Assembly: GCA_964247055.1 (NCBI GenBank) | Contig: OZ176052.1 | Span: 8,370,001-8,434,000, forward strand | Length of the DNA stretch: 64,000 nt | From: Paragordius varius | Taxonomy: Eukaryota > Animalia > Nematomorpha | Direction of reading: 5' to 3' | Shown here: piece by piece, positions 59,390 through 64,000 of the stretch | Numbering within the stretch: position 1 is the stretch's first letter | Layout of the letters: each line of letters begins with the position of its first letter | Position numbers and translations under genes: made by a program | Notes under the pieces: model-generated | The model's input: the letters and a program-made list of their open reading frames with translations, nothing else | Told to the model about the DNA's origin: nothing | Databases searched by the model: none

Positions 59390-60389
59390 GTTACAATTTT
59401 TTAGGGTGTAATATTACAAAATTTATGACAATATACTCTGTTTTTAAACTATATTTTTTAGCAGGTTCCTATCAATTCTTCTAGAAAAACGGTCTATTTT
59501 CAAGTATTTTTGTTTCGGGTCCAAACAATTTTTTTGTAAAATTTCGGTTCTCCATTTTCTTTTAGTGACTTCTGTTTTGTTTTTTCAAACTTATGGATAG
59601 CTTATAATTTTGGTGCATGGATAACATTTTACAATATAGGCATAGGTTTATAAAAATTCGCTAGCTGATTTTTTCTGAAAAATCACTAAACGTGATTTAA
59701 ATAAAATCAAAAAATTAAAATAAGGTTCGTCTCATTCCAAAAATTTCAATTTTTTGGAACTAATCTATTAAAACGGTTCTATTTTTAATAGGGTTACATT
59801 GTTGGGACTATTTTAAAATTACCACAAAAAATTCAATAAATTTTAAGATTATAGTATAACAAAACCTCATATAGCTAGAAAATATATATTACTAGCACTC
59901 AAATATTACCTTTTGGTGTATTTTATATCCCAGACCGTGCTATTTAAACTAATCCGAATTTAAAAGTATGCTTTCTTTAGTTTAGGGTTTTTAATAAAAT
60001 ACAAAAAATCCTCATCTCAAACTATTTTGCCTTATTTTTTTATTTTTTTCTGAATCGCTAATACAAAAGGATAAATGTATTTTAAGGTTAATATAAATAA
60101 TTAACTTTAAAAAGGTTTCAGGCTACCAGAAAAAACTTGATTTATTTTTATTTTAATATCGGTTGTTCATTTAAATCGTGTTTGGAGCTGTCCTTTTAGC
60201 TAGTAGTAACAAAACTGTAAAAAATATAAGCATTTTTATCTAATACATGCGAACAATAACTAACTGTAGTTTATTTACAAATGAGCGTGGCTACCCAAGA
60301 GGTAAGGACAAAAAAGTGAAAAGGTAATGAAGTGCTAATAAATTTGTAATTGATGTTAATTGATAAAAAGATATTTATTTATTAATTAA

Positions 60390-60936
60390 CCTTTGATTCA
60401 AATTGGGGTATCAAAATCCCAGACTATTTTTTAGTTGATATTTTCTAAAGACTACTGAGATCCCAATTTAAATTTATGCTTCTATCCTAATAAAAATTAT
60501 ATAAAAAAGCGGAAATATTTAAATAATATTTAGATTTGAAAAAGGTTCTATTTCAAACTATTTCAACGCTATTTTTATTTTACAACATTTTTGGAAAATA
60601 TCGTGTTTATTAATTTTAAAGCTAAAATTGAAGCTAATTTTTCCTTTATATGACATCTAACATTGAGATAAACAGAAAAAATGGTTTATTTTGTTATATT
60701 TTTAAATTTAGCAAAGGCACACATGTCATGTTGACTAAATTTACCCTAAATAAGTTATATCAAGTATTTTTGAATGAATATTTTTACATACGGTTTATTT
60801 ATGTTATATATGTGCGAAATTTTGCCATTGTTTTAATTCATTCCATATTTTTTGAAGTATTTAATTTTAAGGCCTCGGGTATCCAACTACCCCAATTTTA
60901 ATCGGATGAGTGAAATGAATGTGTTGTATTCAAGTG
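60390..60936. mobile_element. Uninterrupted family E MITE
   Basis: It runs TTAA|CCTTTGATTCAAATTGGGGTATC ... GTTGTATTCAAGTG and is collinear with the outer copy at 58008. Confidence 0.75.
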
Positions 60937-63900
60937 TAAAACTGTACAAATAATAAGGACGCGTGTAAAAAATATTTCGATATTCTTATAGATAAAGGGA
61001 AATCTCATATTGGTTTTGGTCTTTAACAAGTGATTTATAAAATTAAAACCTTTTTAAGTAATTGATAGATTTATCGAAAAAATAGAAATATATGCTTACA
61101 TTATTTTAAATAATTTTTTTGGTGAATTTAAATAGCTTCATTCCAAAAATTACTATATAAATATATTATATGCTATATAAAAAACAAAATAATATTGTTA
61201 TAAAATTCGAATTTTTAGGTGTAAGCTTCAAAAATCATTTTTACCCCCCCCCCCTTTTAAAATGGGCATTATTGCCTTTTAAATATAGGCAATAACAGAT
61301 CGCGCCATTTTATATATGCTAAATCAGTGGTACTCACCAAAAAATTTGTCTCAGGACCATGCACCATCTAATATCGATAAAAATTTACATTTGCAGACAT
61401 TTATACTCAAAATAAATATATTAAAGCAGTTTTAGAGCCTAATGCGGTTTGCGGGCCGTGATTTGATACTGTGCTAGATTATGACATAAAAAATATTTAT
61501 TTAAAAATGCATCTTTGTTTAAAAATTTAATTTATAGGGACATTATTAAAGTATTTTATGTTATTTTGTATTATATAAACGGTATAATTGCACTTTAAAG
61601 TATTAAAAACAATTTTCTCAATATATCGACGGCGCATAAAATTTCTGTCAACTTGGAATATAAAGATTTGTTAGTCTTAAATTTATGGTCAGAAATAAAT
61701 TTTCTCACAAAAAAATCCTTTTAAATTGATAAAGAACAGATATATTAATCGAAATTCATAAATAGAAATGTTCGGAATCATCGAATTACATTTTTATATC
61801 TTAAATTGTTTTTTTACCATGCAAAACACCATATTACTTACACAAATCTTTGACAAAAATAGAATTTTTGAACAAATTATCTTTTTTTTTTCAAAATCAA
61901 TTTCCTTCGATATAATAATCTAACATATATTTTAACCTATTATAGCGCAACTCGGAATTTTCGCGTTTATTCTAAAAACTAGCCTATTAGAGGGAGCCAA
62001 AAAATAGACTATTTTAAATAAAATGTTGTTTGCTTATAATTTTTGATGCGTTTATAAATTTTTTGGAATGAGGCATATTTTTATTTAGCATGTGGACAAG
62101 TTTTGCAATTTTTCGAGATGAATGAATGACCACAGGAGTATAATTATTTTTTTTAATGACTACTAAAACCAAAAGCATTATGATAAATTCTGATGCATTT
62201 TTCGATCAGAAAATATATATTTTATCAGATATTTTTTCGGCTGTGTACATAAAATAGTCTTCCATAAAAAATATTTTTTGCGAATATTTAAGAATGATAC
62301 TATCTTTAATTTTCATAACATCTTTGACATCTATTATGTGGACGTCTAGCACTCATTTTAAGGTAAGAGTATTGGAGTTGCATACTCCAGCTGCATTTCA
62401 AATTTAATATCTTGAGCCAAATTTAATATGCATTATTTAGCCTTTAGGGCGCATGATTATAAATAATTTTTTTTAAAAAACTTAAAATTTTAGAATCCTC
62501 ATCTCAAGCTTTTCGCCAGCATTTATCTTTGGGTTTTATTCAATTGCTAATACAAATGGCAAACAAAAATATATTAAGGTTCATAAATTTAAATTAACTT
62601 TAATTTATTAATTTAGTCTTTTTTTTCTAAATACTAAATAAGCTGTGTTACCTGTTACGGCTAGAGGCGTAGCTTGTATTTTTATATAAGCCCGATGAAA
62701 TTTTCTCCAAAATGCTCGCGGGAAAAAAGGTTGGCCACCCCTAATATATTAAATTTTACAACATTTGCTAGTGCGTTTAGAGTAGGATTAGTTAATTTAC
62801 TTACTGGATTAAATATAAAATTAGGTATACGTTTTTTCACCCAAAAATTTTTATTTTACAAAAATAATTGGGTGCTTTAAAACTTACCACCCTGTTTTAT
62901 GGTGTTTCAGAGGCTTAAAATTGTAATGTAAATTAAAATTTATTTTGGGTTTAAATATTAAAATTTTATTAATGTATATACATAAAATATTTTTGGCAAT
63001 TTATATGATTTAAATTAAATTAGTAATAAATACAATTGTAGAAAATTTTTGGTTTAAATATTATTAACATTTGATTTTAATTGGGGTTAATAATACGCTA
63101 AACCATTTTAAATTGATATTTGAAAACTATTTAGTCTCAATGTAGTTTATCTTTAATCTTAACAAGAATAATTTCACAATTAGATACAAGGGCATTGGAT
63201 ATAACAGTTCTTTAAACTGATGATCCGAAGATTCCAAAGCGAGCGTTCCACATTCAAATTTAAGCTTCTATCTTAAAGTAATCTAAAACTATATTATCGA
63301 GATAAATTTTAAGAAATATTTTCACATAAATAATCTCGACGCCATTTCGATCTCAAAACTTACTGTTTTTTGGATTTTATTAATTTATGCATTAAACAAT
63401 ATTAAGACAGAAAAATAAAATAAATAAATCAATAATATTTTCATCTAAATTTTTGCTTAAGGTTAATATTGAACTTTGAGTCATTTTGAATAAATTTTCT
63501 TCATATTCTGATGCATCAATAATGTTAAAATGTAAACTAGTGATATCGATTCATACCTTCCGTATTTAATAAAATACTAAATTACAACTGACCAGGACGA
63601 CGTCATTTCGTATCGATAAAAACAGGATTTGCAAAGTGATAAAAGAAGCGCACTTGACTCTCAAGTAAAATGAGGCAAGTTCAGCAAGGTTTTAGCCAGC
63701 AAGTCTGCACTCTAAGATCGAAGATAAAAAATATATGTCAAGTCTTTTCCTTATTAGCTAAAACAATTTTTTCACACTCAATTAGATTACACCGTTAATT
63801 ATAAAAAGGTAGAAAGAAGATATATATACCCGTTCAAAAAAAAGTGGCGTAACCGGTCTGGTTTCACGAATGGAACCGAGGTGGTTGTTAAAATTACCGA

Positions 63901-64000
63901 AACCAGGCTCGTTCCTGATAAAGTGGGGACAGAACTTCCTTAAAATTTAACGGTTCTGGAGTCGGTTCCATTTTAGTTCCTGACTATTTATTATATGATT

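Overview
This is a strongly AT-rich eukaryotic window, most likely from an invertebrate bilaterian. It uses the standard code and GT-AG introns, and the species cannot be determined from sequence alone. I reconstructed seven host genes by hand, exon by exon: the 3' end of an ELAV/Hu gene (+), HBS1L (-), a GILT/IFI30-like thiol reductase (+), PLRG1 (-), an Lhx3/4 LIM-homeobox gene (+), VPS53 (-) and an intronless TAPT1 (+). HBS1L/GILT and VPS53/TAPT1 are tight head-to-head pairs. The remaining sequence is dense with transposon relics: RTE-clade LINE fragments, a frameshifted hAT (SPIN/GTF2IRD2-like) transposase nested in a MITE, several hAT and TTAA (piggyBac-like) MITE families nested inside each other, a long-TIR element, and a putative Helitron with a ~315-bp tandem array. 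The main finding is a class of ultra-short spliceosomal introns of 21-27 nt. Most are required to keep conserved reading frames open, they occur only near the 5' ends of genes, and they coexist with ~55-110 nt and kb-sized introns and an eroded 5' splice-site consensus. I saw no rRNA, tRNA or CRISPR array. All gene models and counts are manual and need transcript confirmation.
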